The notes below the pieces were generated by a model. It made no database searches. It was not told where the DNA came from and worked only from the letters and a program-made list of their open reading frames with translations. A stretch of DNA of 64,000 bases, from NCBI GenBank assembly GCA_019894975.1, contig JAGXNO010000013.1, positions 10,637 to 74,636 of the forward strand, read 5' to 3'. Positions within the stretch are counted from its first letter, which is position 1. Each line of letters starts with the position of its first letter. Shown here in pieces: positions 63,782-64,000 of this stretch. The position numbers and the translations under genes were made by a program. The DNA is from Promethearchaeota archaeon. GTDB taxonomy: Archaea > Asgardarchaeota > Lokiarchaeia > Sigyniarchaeales > SOKP01.

Positions 63782-64000
63782 TTGGAGAACGTGGAAGCGC
63801 AATCTATAAAGGAAGTCAAAGAAGTAGTTGAAATTGTAGATTTAGAGAAAGAAAATTCCTCAGTTTGGCTTGAGAAGAAATCTTTTCGAATTGCCTTAAT
63901 AAGCACATTTACCGCACTAGGAATAGTTTTAGGATATTTATTGGCATATATTCCTAATATAGAGTTATTTACGCTCACAATTTTTTTATCGGGTTATATC
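63782..64000 (+). CDS. ECF transporter S component (CbrT-like), partial
   Basis: TTG start; FRIALISTFTALGIVLGY...IPNIELFTLTIFLSGY; runs off the window end. Confidence 0.7.
   Translation, partial: MENVEAQSIKEVKEVVEIVDLEKENSSVWLEKKSFRIALISTFTALGIVLGYLLAYIPNIELFTLTIFLSGYI

Noticed and set aside
63736-63978. 80-aa minus-strand ORF
   Set aside because: Shadow of the plus-strand ECF S-component gene.

Overview
AT-rich archaeal chromosomal segment, most likely from an Asgard archaeon of the Lokiarchaeia type. This is an inference from a Vps28-like ESCRT-I gene, roadblock and longin-like proteins, archaeal ribosomal proteins and SecY, and a 9/4 tRNA-Sec with SepSecS and SelB. Most of the window is metabolic and housekeeping genes: a sugar/sulfatase cluster, shikimate, branched-chain amino acid, thiamine and putative B12 uptake genes, and an L11-L1-L10-L12-secY block. 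The most notable signals concern RNA splicing. (1) The uL11 gene is interrupted inside its conserved PPxGP motif by a 35-nt insert that contains a stop and shifts the frame; it folds into a bulge-helix-bulge-like motif whose canonical cleavage restores the frame, i.e. a candidate tRNA-type intron in an mRNA. (2) An unannotated 217-nt intergenic element is a tRNA, probably Ile with the rare UAU anticodon, broken by introns in the D-, anticodon- and T-loops. (3) tRNA-Ser(GGA) has a conventional 37/38 intron. Also seen: probable ATT/ATA/CTG starts (eL34 is missing from the ORF track), a structured rpl11 leader, twin operator-like repeats between putative B12 uptake genes, and two truncated genes. 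All calls come from manual motif recognition; no searches were run.
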